Assembly (NCBI GenBank): GCA_031409655.1
Contig: JANNXQ010000208.1
Location: 1 to 49,850, forward strand
Length of the DNA: 49,850 nt
From: Chthoniobacteraceae bacterium
GTDB taxonomy: Bacteria; Verrucomicrobiota; Verrucomicrobiia; Chthoniobacterales; Chthoniobacteraceae
Reading direction: 5' to 3'
Position numbers and translations under genes: made by a program. Within the stretch, counting starts at the first letter, position 1; each line of letters starts with the position of its first letter. The notes under the pieces were generated by a model. It ran no database searches. It was given only the letters and a program-made list of their open reading frames with translations, and had not been told where the DNA came from. This document shows positions 10,494 through 19,886 of this stretch, piece after piece.

Positions 10494-11250
10494 CCCGCCG
10501 ATCGCAGCCGCGCTGAAACTGCTGACCATCGTCATCCCGGCGCGCGATGAGGAAGGCTGCATCGCCTCGACGGTGCAGCACTTGCACGTGGAGTTGAAGT
10601 TGCGCGGGGTGCCGCACGAGATCGTGGTCGTGGACGACGGCAGTTCGGATCGCACCTGGGAAATCCTCCAGGAAGAGGCAAAGCGGATGCCGGAGTTGCT
10701 GCCGGTGAAGAACGAAGGCTTGCATGGCTTCGGTCGGGCGATCGTCTGCGGCATGGAGGGGATGCGCGGCGATGCCGTGACGATCATGATGGCCGATGAG
10801 TCGGACGACTGCCGGGATGTCGTCCGTTACTGGGAGAAACTCAACGAAGGCTACGACTGCGTCTTCGGGAGCCGCTTTATGAAAGGCGGAGGCGTGATCG
10901 ATTACCCGCCGGTCAAGCTCTCCATCAACCGGATGGCGAACTGGTTTCTGCGGATGCTCTTCCAGGTAAAATTGAACGACACCACCAACGCCTTCAAAGC
11001 CTACCGCAAGACGGTGATCGACGGTTGCCGTCCCCTGATCGCCCCACACTTCAATCTGACCGTCGAGTTACCGCTCAAAGCCATCGTGCGCGGGTACTCG
11101 TGGACCGTGATCCCGATCACCTGGCGCAACCGCCGCCACGGCGAGGCCAAGCTCAAGATCAAGGAGATGGGCAGCCGCTACCTCTTCATCTGCCTGTATG
11201 TGTGGCTGGAAAAATACTTCAGCCGCGGGGATTACAAGAAGGCCGAATAA
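10474..11250 (+). CDS. Glycosyltransferase family 2 (polyprenol-phosphate glycosyltransferase-like)
   Basis: [35 protein letters not shown]. Confidence 0.9.
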   Translation: MTPAPPNPPIAAALKLLTIVIPARDEEGCIASTVQHLHVELKLRGVPHEIVVVDDGSSDRTWEILQEEAKRMPELLPVKNEGLHGFGRAIVCGMEGMRGDAVTIMMADESDDCRDVVRYWEKLNEGYDCVFGSRFMKGGGVIDYPPVKLSINRMANWFLRMLFQVKLNDTTNAFKAYRKTVIDGCRPLIAPHFNLTVELPLKAIVRGYSWTVIPITWRNRRHGEAKLKIKEMGSRYLFICLYVWLEKYFSRGDYKKAE

Positions 11251-11271
11251 CGGCCGCGCACCGCGGGGATC

Positions 11272-11340
11272 GGACGTGCCGCCTCCGATTTTTGTCAGAT
11301 TCGCGCCGATGGGAGGCAAGCGGCACGTCCCGCTCTCTAC
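11272..11340. repeat. GTAG-type REP-like inverted repeat
   Basis: GGACGTGCCGC ... GCGGCACGTCC, ending CTCTAC (GTAG on the minus strand). Confidence 0.6.
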
Positions 11341-11386
11341 GCGCCCACCCACATTCCGCTCGCTTCCGAGGAACCCATCGTGCGCC

Positions 11387-11444
11387 ATTGTATCAGCACT
11401 GTTACAATCCATCCCTTGCCAATGAAGGCCGCAGACAATAGAAT
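11387..11444 (+). promoter_or_regulatory. Sigma70-like promoter with upstream palindromic operator
   Basis: TTGCCA(11416-21)-17bp-TAGAAT(11439-44); palindrome ATTGTATCAGCACTGTTACAAT at 11387-11408. Confidence 0.6.
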
Positions 11445-11481
11445 TTTTTTTCAACTCATCCCCCTACTCAACGAACCTCCC

Positions 11482-14181
11482 ATGGAAAAACTGCACCTTC
11501 TTTTCCTGACGTGCGCTCTAACCCTCCTCGGTTCGCACGCCAGCGCGCAGACTGTGAACATCGTCGCCACCGATGCCGCCATCGCAGAGACCTACCCTGG
11601 CCAGGCCCCCAATCCCGGCAACATCCGAGTCACTCGCACCGGGAGCACGGCCACCGCACTCACCGTCTGGGTGAAAGTGAGCGGCATCGCCCTGCAGAAC
11701 GCCGACTACCGATTTGCGAGCACCATCGGCACCTTCGTTGTCATCCCGGCCGGGAGTGCGCAGTTGAATATTCCCATCACTCCGATCGACGACTGGACTG
11801 TGGAAGGCGCTGAGACCCTCCGCGTGGAACTCGATGACGAAACCTCCTCCGGCACGCCCACGCCCTACACGCTCGGCATTGACGATCGGGTCGATTTCGT
11901 GATCACCGACAATGAGAACGCAGCCATCCCACCGCCCGCGATCGTCACCGTCTCGGTGCTCGATGGCGGAGGCTGGGAAACTCCGCAAGGCACGGACCCC
12001 GCCATCTTCGTCGTCTCGCGCACAAATGATCTGATCAGCGCGATCGATGTTGCCTTCACCATCGGCGGCACGGCCACGGGCGGATCGGACTACACGGTGC
12101 CGCCGCTCACGGTCACGATTCCTGCCGGAGCGGCTTCCGCCAATGTGGTCATCCCGGTGCTCGACGATCCGCACGTCGAAGCTGCCGAAACCGTCACCCT
12201 CACGCTCACGCCGCACCCGAATACCGTGATGCCGCCGCCTCCGGGCACCTACGTGCTCGGCGCCGTCATTGGTGCGACCGTCAATATCTTCAGTGAAGAC
12301 GTGCCGCCACCGCCGACGGTCACCCTCACGTCGCCGGTGAATGGGGAAAGCCACACGCTTCCCGCTGTCTCGCCGCACACCATCACGGTAAATTTCACCG
12401 CCTCCGACGTGAATGGCCACATCACCAACTACCGGGTGTACGACGGCGCGCGACTGGTGACGAATCAGGCGATCACCTACCCGACCACGCCAGCACCCGG
12501 CACGCCCTTTTCCGGCTCCGCCACCATCCCCAACAGCTTTGGCGGAGTGCATCCCATCCGCGTCATAGTCACGGACAACAGCGGACTGAACGTGGCTTCG
12601 GCGATTGCCTCCGTCACCGTCACCTACATCTATCCGATCATGACGGTGACCACGTTGGACAACGACGCCGCGGAGGTCGCCGCCGATCAGCCGCAGAATG
12701 CCGCCGTCTTTTCCATCACCGTCGATACGCCGATGCCGGTGGACCAATACGTCCTCTACCGTCTCACCAGCCCCGGACCCGCCATCGACTTCGCGCTGCC
12801 CTCAAACTACAGCCTGACGAACTGGCCGATGGGCATCTTCGCCGGGCCGACGGACTACGGCTGGGCGCTCTTCCCCGCTGGCAGCACGCGCGTGGACATC
12901 GTCGTCGCGCCCGTGGACGATCTGCATCTGGAAGGCGACGAGACGCTCACCATGGAGATCTCCTACCCGTTTGTCATCGATGAGCGGACCTTTGAAGGCA
13001 TCGTGCAATTCACGGAAGGCGGCTTCCACTCGGACCCGAATGCCATCCCCGTGCGCAATTTCCAATACGACCTCGGCACCATGCGCACCGTCACCGCCAC
13101 CATCCACGACAACGACACCGTCCCGGCGCCTTTCTCCATCGTCACCCTCACCACCTCGGACACCGACGCGCAGGAGACCGCCCCGAGCGAGACGCCGAAT
13201 CCCGGCTCCTTTCGCATCACGCGCGATGGTCCGACCACTACGCCACTCACGGTAAATTTCGCGATCACCACTCCGCCGCGGCCCACGAACATCACCTCCC
13301 AAGTCGCCCCTGCCGGGAATGGTGTGGACTACACCGCGATCGGGCTCTCCGCCACCATCCCCGTGGGTGCGAGCAGTGTCGATGTCGTCATCGCGCCGAT
13401 CTACGACCTCCGCTCCGAGCCGAATGAAGTCGTCCAGATTTCCCTGCGACCGCCGAGCGTTCCGCTGCCGGATCCCGCCAGCTACATGTTCGGCACCATT
13501 ACCACTGCGAGCCTCGTCATCCGCGATGCGACTCTGCCCGCCGGCACGCCGATCATCCGCATCGCCGCCACCGACGCGGCAGCCTTCGAATCGACCGCGC
13601 CCAGCCGTGCCGCCGCCTTCACCGTGTATCGTGTGGGCGACCTTACAAATCCGCTCACCGTCAACTACACCATTGGCGGCACCGCCACGAATGGCGTGGA
13701 CTACGGCGCCCTCCCCACCTTCGTCACCATCCCCGCCACCGCCGATCGTGCCACGATTCTCGTGAACCCGATCGACGACCTTTTCGACGACGACTTTGAA
13801 AGCGTCTCACTCACGCTGCAAACCCCGCCGCTCAATGTGGAACCGCCTGCCTACGCACTTGCCGCCACGAGCGCCACGCAGGCCGCAGCCGGCGCCACCA
13901 TCCGCGACTACTACGTCGCGCCGCTCAATCGCTTCCAGCGCGCCTTGCGCATCCGGTTCCCAGGTCGTTACGCCGCCATCCCACGCCCGCACGACCCGCT
14001 GCCACCGCCACCGAATCTCGCCGGTTGGATTGTCGAAGCCTCCACGAACCTCGCCAATTGGGAGCCGATCGGCACCGTCGATACCAGCGAAGAGGCAGAC
14101 GAATTCGTGGACCTGAACGCCGGTGATTTCCCCACACGCTTTTACCGTTTCGTTCCGATCCTCACGCCCCCTGCGCCCTGA
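11482..14181 (+). CDS. Secreted Calx-beta repeat protein with Ig-like domain
   Basis: Signal peptide; repeated 'A.E...F.V.R.G.....LTV.Y.IGGTAT.G.DY...IPAG.....I.P.DD...E..E' units; C-terminal VEASTNLANW...FYR tail. Confidence 0.88.
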   Translation: MEKLHLLFLTCALTLLGSHASAQTVNIVATDAAIAETYPGQAPNPGNIRVTRTGSTATALTVWVKVSGIALQNADYRFASTIGTFVVIPAGSAQLNIPITPIDDWTVEGAETLRVELDDETSSGTPTPYTLGIDDRVDFVITDNENAAIPPPAIVTVSVLDGGGWETPQGTDPAIFVVSRTNDLISAIDVAFTIGGTATGGSDYTVPPLTVTIPAGAASANVVIPVLDDPHVEAAETVTLTLTPHPNTVMPPPPGTYVLGAVIGATVNIFSEDVPPPPTVTLTSPVNGESHTLPAVSPHTITVNFTASDVNGHITNYRVYDGARLVTNQAITYPTTPAPGTPFSGSATIPNSFGGVHPIRVIVTDNSGLNVASAIASVTVTYIYPIMTVTTLDNDAAEVAADQPQNAAVFSITVDTPMPVDQYVLYRLTSPGPAIDFALPSNYSLTNWPMGIFAGPTDYGWALFPAGSTRVDIVVAPVDDLHLEGDETLTMEISYPFVIDERTFEGIVQFTEGGFHSDPNAIPVRNFQYDLGTMRTVTATIHDNDTVPAPFSIVTLTTSDTDAQETAPSETPNPGSFRITRDGPTTTPLTVNFAITTPPRPTNITSQVAPAGNGVDYTAIGLSATIPVGASSVDVVIAPIYDLRSEPNEVVQISLRPPSVPLPDPASYMFGTITTASLVIRDATLPAGTPIIRIAATDAAAFESTAPSRAAAFTVYRVGDLTNPLTVNYTIGGTATNGVDYGALPTFVTIPATADRATILVNPIDDLFDDDFESVSLTLQTPPLNVEPPAYALAATSATQAAAGATIRDYYVAPLNRFQRALRIRFPGRYAAIPRPHDPLPPPPNLAGWIVEASTNLANWEPIGTVDTSEEADEFVDLNAGDFPTRFYRFVPILTPPAP

Positions 14182-14353
14182 TTTGCGCCGACCATGAAGG
14201 CTGACACAATGCGCATCAAAGGACAGGTCAATGATCGGGAAAGATCGCTTTTGCCGCGTTAGGCGGGAAGCAGACGGTCCCTGGCCCTCGGGACTCTCAA
14301 TCCGCTGAAAGTGACGGGAGTGGCATTCCTAACCCTAAAAACGGCGCCGGATC

Positions 14354-14478
14354 GCCGCAAAAGAACGCAAAGGCAGAAACTTGAAAAACACGAGTCACTA
14401 ACCCGAAGGGGGAGCGTCCGCCCCGCCGCGTTTCCGATCCAGTTCCCAGTCTCTGCGCCCTTTGCGTTCCTTGGCGGC
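14354..14478. repeat. REP-like inverted repeat (GCCGCAAAAGAACGCAAAG type)
   Basis: 14354-14381 matches the reverse complement of 14448-14478; lies between convergent genes. Confidence 0.65.
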
Positions 14479-14563
14479 AAATCTCATCGTCGAATCTAGG
14501 CTAACGGGCACTTATCCGAACCGGCAGGCGGCGGCACCGGAGTTAGGTGGGTGGAACTCGCCC

Positions 14564-15556
14564 TTACGAGCGGTTTACCACCGAGTTACTCCCGGAGACC
14601 ATTTCGTCGTGGATCCACTGGTAAGTCTTCTCCATGCCAGCGCGCAGTTTGGTGCTCGGCTCCCAGCCGAAGACCTTATTGATCAGCGTATTGTCGGAGT
14701 TTCGACCGTTGACGCCTTTTGGGGCACTTAGGTTGTAGTTCCGCTGGAGCTTCACGCCGGCAATGGCTTCGACGATATCGACGAGCTGATTGATGGAGAC
14801 GAGTTCGCTGCTGCCGATATTGATCGGCTCGACGAAGTCGCTGTTCAGCAGCATCTGCGTCCCTTTCACGCAATCGTCGATGTACATAAAGCTGCGGGTC
14901 TGCGTGCCGGCACCCCAGATCTCGATCTCGTGTTTCCCGCTCAGTTTCGCGGCGATGACTTTGCGGCAGACCGCGGCGGGAGCTTTCTCCCGGCCGCCGT
15001 CGTAGGTGCCGTGCGGGCCGTACACATTGTGGTAGCGGGCGATGCGCGTTTGCACGCCGAAGTCTTCGCGAAAGTGCCGGCACATGCGCTCGCTGAAGAG
15101 CTTCTCCCAGCCGTAGCCATCCTCGGGCATGGCGGGATAGGCGTCTTCCTCCTTGAGCGCGGTCACATTCGGATCGGTCTGCTTGTCGCCGTTGTAGGCG
15201 CAGGCGCTGGAGGAAAAAAAGTAACGTGCGATGCCGTGCTTCTTCGCAACGAGGAGCAGGTGGGTATTGATGAGCACGGTGATCATGCAGAGCGCCTTGT
15301 TCAGCTCGATGAAACCCATGCCGCCCATGTCCGCGGCGAGGTTGTAAACGGTATCGCAGCCTTGCATCGCCGTCTCGCAGGCGTCGAGGTGCTCGAGATT
15401 GAGCGAGAGATTTTCGACGTCGTCGAATCGCTGATACCACTCGCCGAGCGGCTTTTTGTCCACGGCCCGGAGATTGGTGTGACCTTGACGACGAAGATCA
15501 GCGATGAGGTGACCGCCGATGAAACCACCGGCGCCGCAGACGAGGATACGATTCAT
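14564..15556 (-). CDS. GDP-mannose 3,5-epimerase-like NAD-dependent epimerase
   Basis: GAGGFIG, NLAADMGGMGFI, SSACAY, YGWEK, GTYDGGREKAPAAVCRK. Confidence 0.9.
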   Translation of the reverse strand: MNRILVCGAGGFIGGHLIADLRRQGHTNLRAVDKKPLGEWYQRFDDVENLSLNLEHLDACETAMQGCDTVYNLAADMGGMGFIELNKALCMITVLINTHLLLVAKKHGIARYFFSSSACAYNGDKQTDPNVTALKEEDAYPAMPEDGYGWEKLFSERMCRHFREDFGVQTRIARYHNVYGPHGTYDGGREKAPAAVCRKVIAAKLSGKHEIEIWGAGTQTRSFMYIDDCVKGTQMLLNSDFVEPINIGSSELVSINQLVDIVEAIAGVKLQRNYNLSAPKGVNGRNSDNTLINKVFGWEPSTKLRAGMEKTYQWIHDEMVSGSNSVVNRS

Positions 15557-15645
15557 GAAGGGAGGGGTGCTAGTTTGGAAAAGAAGCGGTCACTCTCCAC
15601 AGGCGCGCGCGGCCTTCAAGCCCGGAGTGGGTGACGAATGGGCAG

Positions 15646-16413
15646 CTACGGATTTTTTCGCAGCCCGAGGAGTTGCAGAGCGACGCGCCAGACGAAGAGG
15701 GGGTTGTTCACCAGGTAGCGGCGGCCGAGGCGGCGGGGCTCGGTGCAGAGGCGGTAGAACCATTCGAGACCGGAGCGTTGCATCCAGACGGGGGCCTGCT
15801 TCACGCGGCCGGAGTGGAAGTCGAAGGCGGCGCCAACGCCGGCCATGAGGGTCACGTCGAGCTTGGGCAAATATTCGGCCATGAAGCGCTCCTGCTTCGG
15901 GGTGCTGAGGCCGATCCACATCAGGTCGGGCTTGGTCTCGCGAACTTGTGCGGTGAGGATGGCTTCCTCGTCGGTGTTCAGGGGACGAAAGGGCGGGGTG
16001 TAGGTGCCGACGATTTGCACGCCGGGAAAGCGCGCCTCGAGCTTCGCCTTCAGCTCCTCGGCCACGCCGGGCGCGCCGCCGTAGAAGAAGTGGCGGAAAG
16101 GAACGGACTGGGTCGCCGCAAACATGGCCAGCATCAGATCCGGCCCATAGACGCGCCCCACGGTCGGTCGTACATAGTGCCGGCCCAGCCAGACCAGGGG
16201 CATGCCGTCCGTCGTATTCAGGAAGGATGCGTTTAAGATGCACCGGAAGTTTTCATCCGACTGCGCCTCGGTGACGCCATGCACGCCGGTCACGCAAATG
16301 TAACCTTTCCGCCGCTCCCGCGCCGCCGCGAGGATCGCTTCGACGGCGATGCAGAGATCCATGGCACTGACCGATACTCCGAGGACGTTGAAACGCGGGA
16401 TCTCTGGGGGCAT
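15646..16413 (-). CDS. WecB/TagA/CpsF family glycosyltransferase
   Basis: DGMPLVW, RVYGPDLM, GLSTPKQE, GVGAAFDF, GLEWFYRL..EPRRL. Confidence 0.93.
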   Translation of the reverse strand: MPPEIPRFNVLGVSVSAMDLCIAVEAILAAARERRKGYICVTGVHGVTEAQSDENFRCILNASFLNTTDGMPLVWLGRHYVRPTVGRVYGPDLMLAMFAATQSVPFRHFFYGGAPGVAEELKAKLEARFPGVQIVGTYTPPFRPLNTDEEAILTAQVRETKPDLMWIGLSTPKQERFMAEYLPKLDVTLMAGVGAAFDFHSGRVKQAPVWMQRSGLEWFYRLCTEPRRLGRRYLVNNPLFVWRVALQLLGLRKNP

Positions 16414-16528
16414 CAGAGCGGTGGGCGGCTTTTGTCGGTTTTCATTCGGAACTCGTCATTACGGTGCGGCGGCGGCTTTTTGAACCTCGAAGTTTGCCCC
16501 CGTCCGATTTGCCACTACAATCCGGCCC

Positions 16529-17578
16529 ATGCCTCCCGAAAAGCCGCTCGCCGCGCCACCGATGACCCCCGGTGAAGCGGGCTCGCGCTTGCTCCGCTGG
16601 GGCCGGGAGCAACCAGCGCAGGCCGCGCTGCTGGCCGCTTGCCTGGCGACTTTCGCCTACTTCTACTTCTTCCATCACGTCTGGGTGCTGGGCACGCAGA
16701 GCACGGCGTGGTGGGCCTACATGGCTTGGAACTTCGCCGGCGGCGAACAATTCCACGGACACTTTCCCTTCTTCGTCTCGCTCTACCTCGTCTGGTTCCA
16801 TCGCCGGGAGATCGCGGAAGCTCCGAAGTCCAGTTCCTGGTGGGGACTGGTCCTCGTTGGTTTCGCGATCCTGCTTTTCGTGGCGGGAGCACGCTGTCTG
16901 CAACCGCGTCTGGCGCTCCTGGCCATGCCCATCCTTTTCTATGGCGCCACCCTCTTTCTCTGGGGCCGGCACGTCGCCCGGATCGTCCTTTTTCCCTGCG
17001 CCTTTCTCCTGTTCATGATCCCGGTGGCCGCGCTCCAGCAGGCCACCTTCAAGCTGCAATTCGTGATTACGGCTTCCATCGAGGCCATGTCCCGCTTGGT
17101 CGGGGTGAGCATCCAATCCATCGGCACCACACTCACGGCCCGCGATGGCAGCTTTAACTTTGAGATCGCGGAAGGCTGCAGCGGGGTGCGTTCGCTCGCG
17201 GCCATGAGCATGCTCACGGCGGTCTATGTGCATCTCACGCAGGATACGTTTTGGAAAAAAGCGGTGATCTTCGGTGCTTCCCTCATCTTCGCGATCGTCG
17301 GAAATATCGGCCGCCTCTTCACGGTCATCCTCTTCGCGCGGTTCATCAGTCCGGAGATTGGCGGCGGCATTTATCACGACTACTCCGGCTTCGTCTTCTT
17401 CCCGATCGCGCTGCTCGCGATGACCGGCTTTGCCCGTCTCGTGAATCTCAACTGGCGCAAGGCCGGGGCAGCCGCGTTGCAACGCGAAGCTCCGCTGATC
17501 GTGGAACCCGAAGCTTCGCCCACCGCGGCGGAAGCCAAACCTGGCACCAAGCCATCGCCCATTTCCTATGACTACTAG
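16529..17578 (+). CDS. Exosortase/archaeosortase family protein
   Basis: Multi-TM; catalytic Cys (EGCSGVRS), Arg (NIGR), His (YHD). Confidence 0.92.
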   Translation: MPPEKPLAAPPMTPGEAGSRLLRWGREQPAQAALLAACLATFAYFYFFHHVWVLGTQSTAWWAYMAWNFAGGEQFHGHFPFFVSLYLVWFHRREIAEAPKSSSWWGLVLVGFAILLFVAGARCLQPRLALLAMPILFYGATLFLWGRHVARIVLFPCAFLLFMIPVAALQQATFKLQFVITASIEAMSRLVGVSIQSIGTTLTARDGSFNFEIAEGCSGVRSLAAMSMLTAVYVHLTQDTFWKKAVIFGASLIFAIVGNIGRLFTVILFARFISPEIGGGIYHDYSGFVFFPIALLAMTGFARLVNLNWRKAGAAALQREAPLIVEPEASPTAAEAKPGTKPSPISYDY

Positions 17579-18287
17579 CCGCCTGGCCATCCTGCTCGCG
17601 GTCCTGCTCGGCGGCCTGAGCACGGTCTTCCTCCTGCCGAGCCGGATTCGCACTCAGCCTCTGGGCATCGAGCTCGAGTTGCCAAAGATGGTCGGTGGAA
17701 TGTGGTACGGTCGCGATCAGGAGATCGGGATCCGCGAGCAGGAGGTGCTCGGCCACGACACGGAATTTGCCCGCAAGCTCTACTCGAACGCCCGCGGCGA
17801 CGAGATCCTCACCTCCATCGTACTCGCGGGGCAGGACATGAATACCAGCATTCACCGGCCTGAGTGGTGTCTCCCGGCGCAGGGCTGGACGATTGCGGGA
17901 TCGGGCAAGTCCACCGTCCCGCTCCGCGATCGCGGCCCCCTGACGATGACGCGCCTGTTTAGCATTCGCGTCCCGCAGGACAAGGACAGCCAGAAACCTC
18001 TCACCGACGTGGAGGGCCAGCCGCTCGTCGTGCGGAACATCAACTACTACTGGTTCGTGGGCTACAACTGCATCACCGCCTCGCATCTCAATCGCAACAT
18101 CATCGACATCACTGACCGCCTCACCGAGGGCTACAATCAACGCTGGGCCTTCGTGACCGTGGCCGCGACCGTCACCAGGAATCTGCGGTCGGGCGGGATC
18201 GATGAAGCGGCGACGGATGCGATGCTCCAGGATTTCATCCTGAAGCTCGCGCCGATGATCCACAAGGACACGGTGCGCTTCCGGTAG
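17568..18287 (+). CDS. epsI: Exosortase-associated EpsI family protein
   Basis: SIHRPEWCLPAQGW, YYWFV; overlaps the exosortase gene. Confidence 0.88.
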   Translation: MTTSRLAILLAVLLGGLSTVFLLPSRIRTQPLGIELELPKMVGGMWYGRDQEIGIREQEVLGHDTEFARKLYSNARGDEILTSIVLAGQDMNTSIHRPEWCLPAQGWTIAGSGKSTVPLRDRGPLTMTRLFSIRVPQDKDSQKPLTDVEGQPLVVRNINYYWFVGYNCITASHLNRNIIDITDRLTEGYNQRWAFVTVAATVTRNLRSGGIDEAATDAMLQDFILKLAPMIHKDTVRFR

Positions 18288-18392
18288 GACGGGCCTTCCG
18301 ATGCACGCGCGGCGCGTGCCTTTGCTCCCGACATTCTGCACAAGATCGCACCCCCCTGCGGGTTGTCCCGGTGCTTCCATTTCCCCCGCCCC

Positions 18393-19886
18393 ATGCTCCC
18401 GCGCCTCGCCCTTCTTTTCCTCATTCCCTGCTCCGCCTGCGCCGCGCTCCGCTCGGGCTTTGCGGAACGCGACATCACTCCCGAGGTCGGGATGGAAGTG
18501 CCGGGCGGCTACGGGAAGTCTTTTTCAAAACGCCTCCACGATCCGTGCAAGGCGCGCGCCGCGGTCTTTGACGATGGGAAAAAGGCGGTCGCGCTCGTGG
18601 GGCTCGATGCGCTCGTCGTTCCGCGAGCGCTCGTCGTCGAGGCTCGCGCTCTCATTGAAAAACGCTGTGGCATCGCCCCGAACGCCGTGCTCATCGGGGC
18701 GTCGCATTCGCACTCTTCGGGACCAGTCGGGATGGTGCTGCCGGGCGAATACGATCACGCGTCAGAACTCGTGAAGGATCTGGCGTACAACAAATCCTCG
18801 GCCGCAAATCCCGCGTATCTCGCGAAGGTGCGCGAGGCCATCGTGGATGCCGTGGTGGCGGCGCATGAAGGACGCGGGGAAGTCACGGCGGGCTTCGGGG
18901 TCGGGCACGAAGATCAGGTCGCCTTCAATCGGCGCATCCGGATGAAGAACGGGCTCGCGGCTTCGCATCCCGGCAAAGGCAATCCGAACAACGTGGACTT
19001 TGCCGGCCCGGTGGATCCGCAGGTCGGCATGATCGGCGTGTGGAATCCCGAAGGCAAGCTGCTCGGCTGCGTGGTGAATTTCGCCTGCCATGCCACGACG
19101 AGCGGGCCGTGGATTTCGGCAAACTGGATCTACTATATGGAGCGCGTGATTCCGGGCTTTTACCCAGAAGCGAAAGTCGTCTTCCTGCAAGGCACCTGCG
19201 GCGACGTGACGCAGGTGAACAATCTCGACCCACACACGAATCCCGAGATCGACGCTTGGGCGCAATTTGTCGGTGGCCGCGTCGGCGCGGAGGCGTTGAA
19301 GGTGTTGCTCGGGATGTCACAGACGCGCGTGGCCGAGGTGCCCGTGGAGGTGCGGACGAAGCTCTGGACGATCCCGCGCCGCGCGCCCGTGCCGGAGCGG
19401 CTGAAGGCGGCGCTGGAGCTCGTGCAGAAAGACCCGAAGGACGCCGGACCCGATTGGGTGTGGGCGAAGGAAACGGTGCTGCTCGATGCGCTGCTCGCGA
19501 AGACGCCGCGCGTCGAAGTGGAGGGTCAGGCGATCCAGATCGGACCCGTCGTCTGCCTCGCGAGTCCGGCGGAGTATTTCTGCCAGTACGGCCTCGATTG
19601 GAAAAAGGGCAGCGGCTTTCCGATCACCTTTCCCGTGGAGTTGGCGAATGGCTGCGTCGGCTACGTCCCGACGCTCGAAGCCTTTGATCTGAAAACCGGG
19701 GGCGGCTACGAAACTCGGCTCAGCAGCTACAGCAATCTGGAGATCACCGCCGGCGACCAAATCCGCGACGTGGGCCTGGAACTCGCGCGCCAACTCACTT
19801 CCGTGCCCCTCCCGCAGCGCCCGCTCGCCGCGCCCACCAAAGGCGACGGCTGGCTCTACGGCAACCAACCTCCCCAACGCGAATGA
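18393..19886 (+). CDS. Neutral/alkaline ceramidase-like hydrolase
   Basis: DITP, HDP.KARA, ASHSHSSGP, FNRR, NFACHAT, QGTCGDV, GYVPT, GGYET. Confidence 0.75.
   Translation: MLPRLALLFLIPCSACAALRSGFAERDITPEVGMEVPGGYGKSFSKRLHDPCKARAAVFDDGKKAVALVGLDALVVPRALVVEARALIEKRCGIAPNAVLIGASHSHSSGPVGMVLPGEYDHASELVKDLAYNKSSAANPAYLAKVREAIVDAVVAAHEGRGEVTAGFGVGHEDQVAFNRRIRMKNGLAASHPGKGNPNNVDFAGPVDPQVGMIGVWNPEGKLLGCVVNFACHATTSGPWISANWIYYMERVIPGFYPEAKVVFLQGTCGDVTQVNNLDPHTNPEIDAWAQFVGGRVGAEALKVLLGMSQTRVAEVPVEVRTKLWTIPRRAPVPERLKAALELVQKDPKDAGPDWVWAKETVLLDALLAKTPRVEVEGQAIQIGPVVCLASPAEYFCQYGLDWKKGSGFPITFPVELANGCVGYVPTLEAFDLKTGGGYETRLSSYSNLEITAGDQIRDVGLELARQLTSVPLPQRPLAAPTKGDGWLYGNQPPQRE

Noticed and set aside
11422..14210. 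ATGAAGGC..ACAAT similarity on both sides of the Calx-beta gene as a target-site duplication
   Set aside because: Short, gapped and imperfect; could be chance
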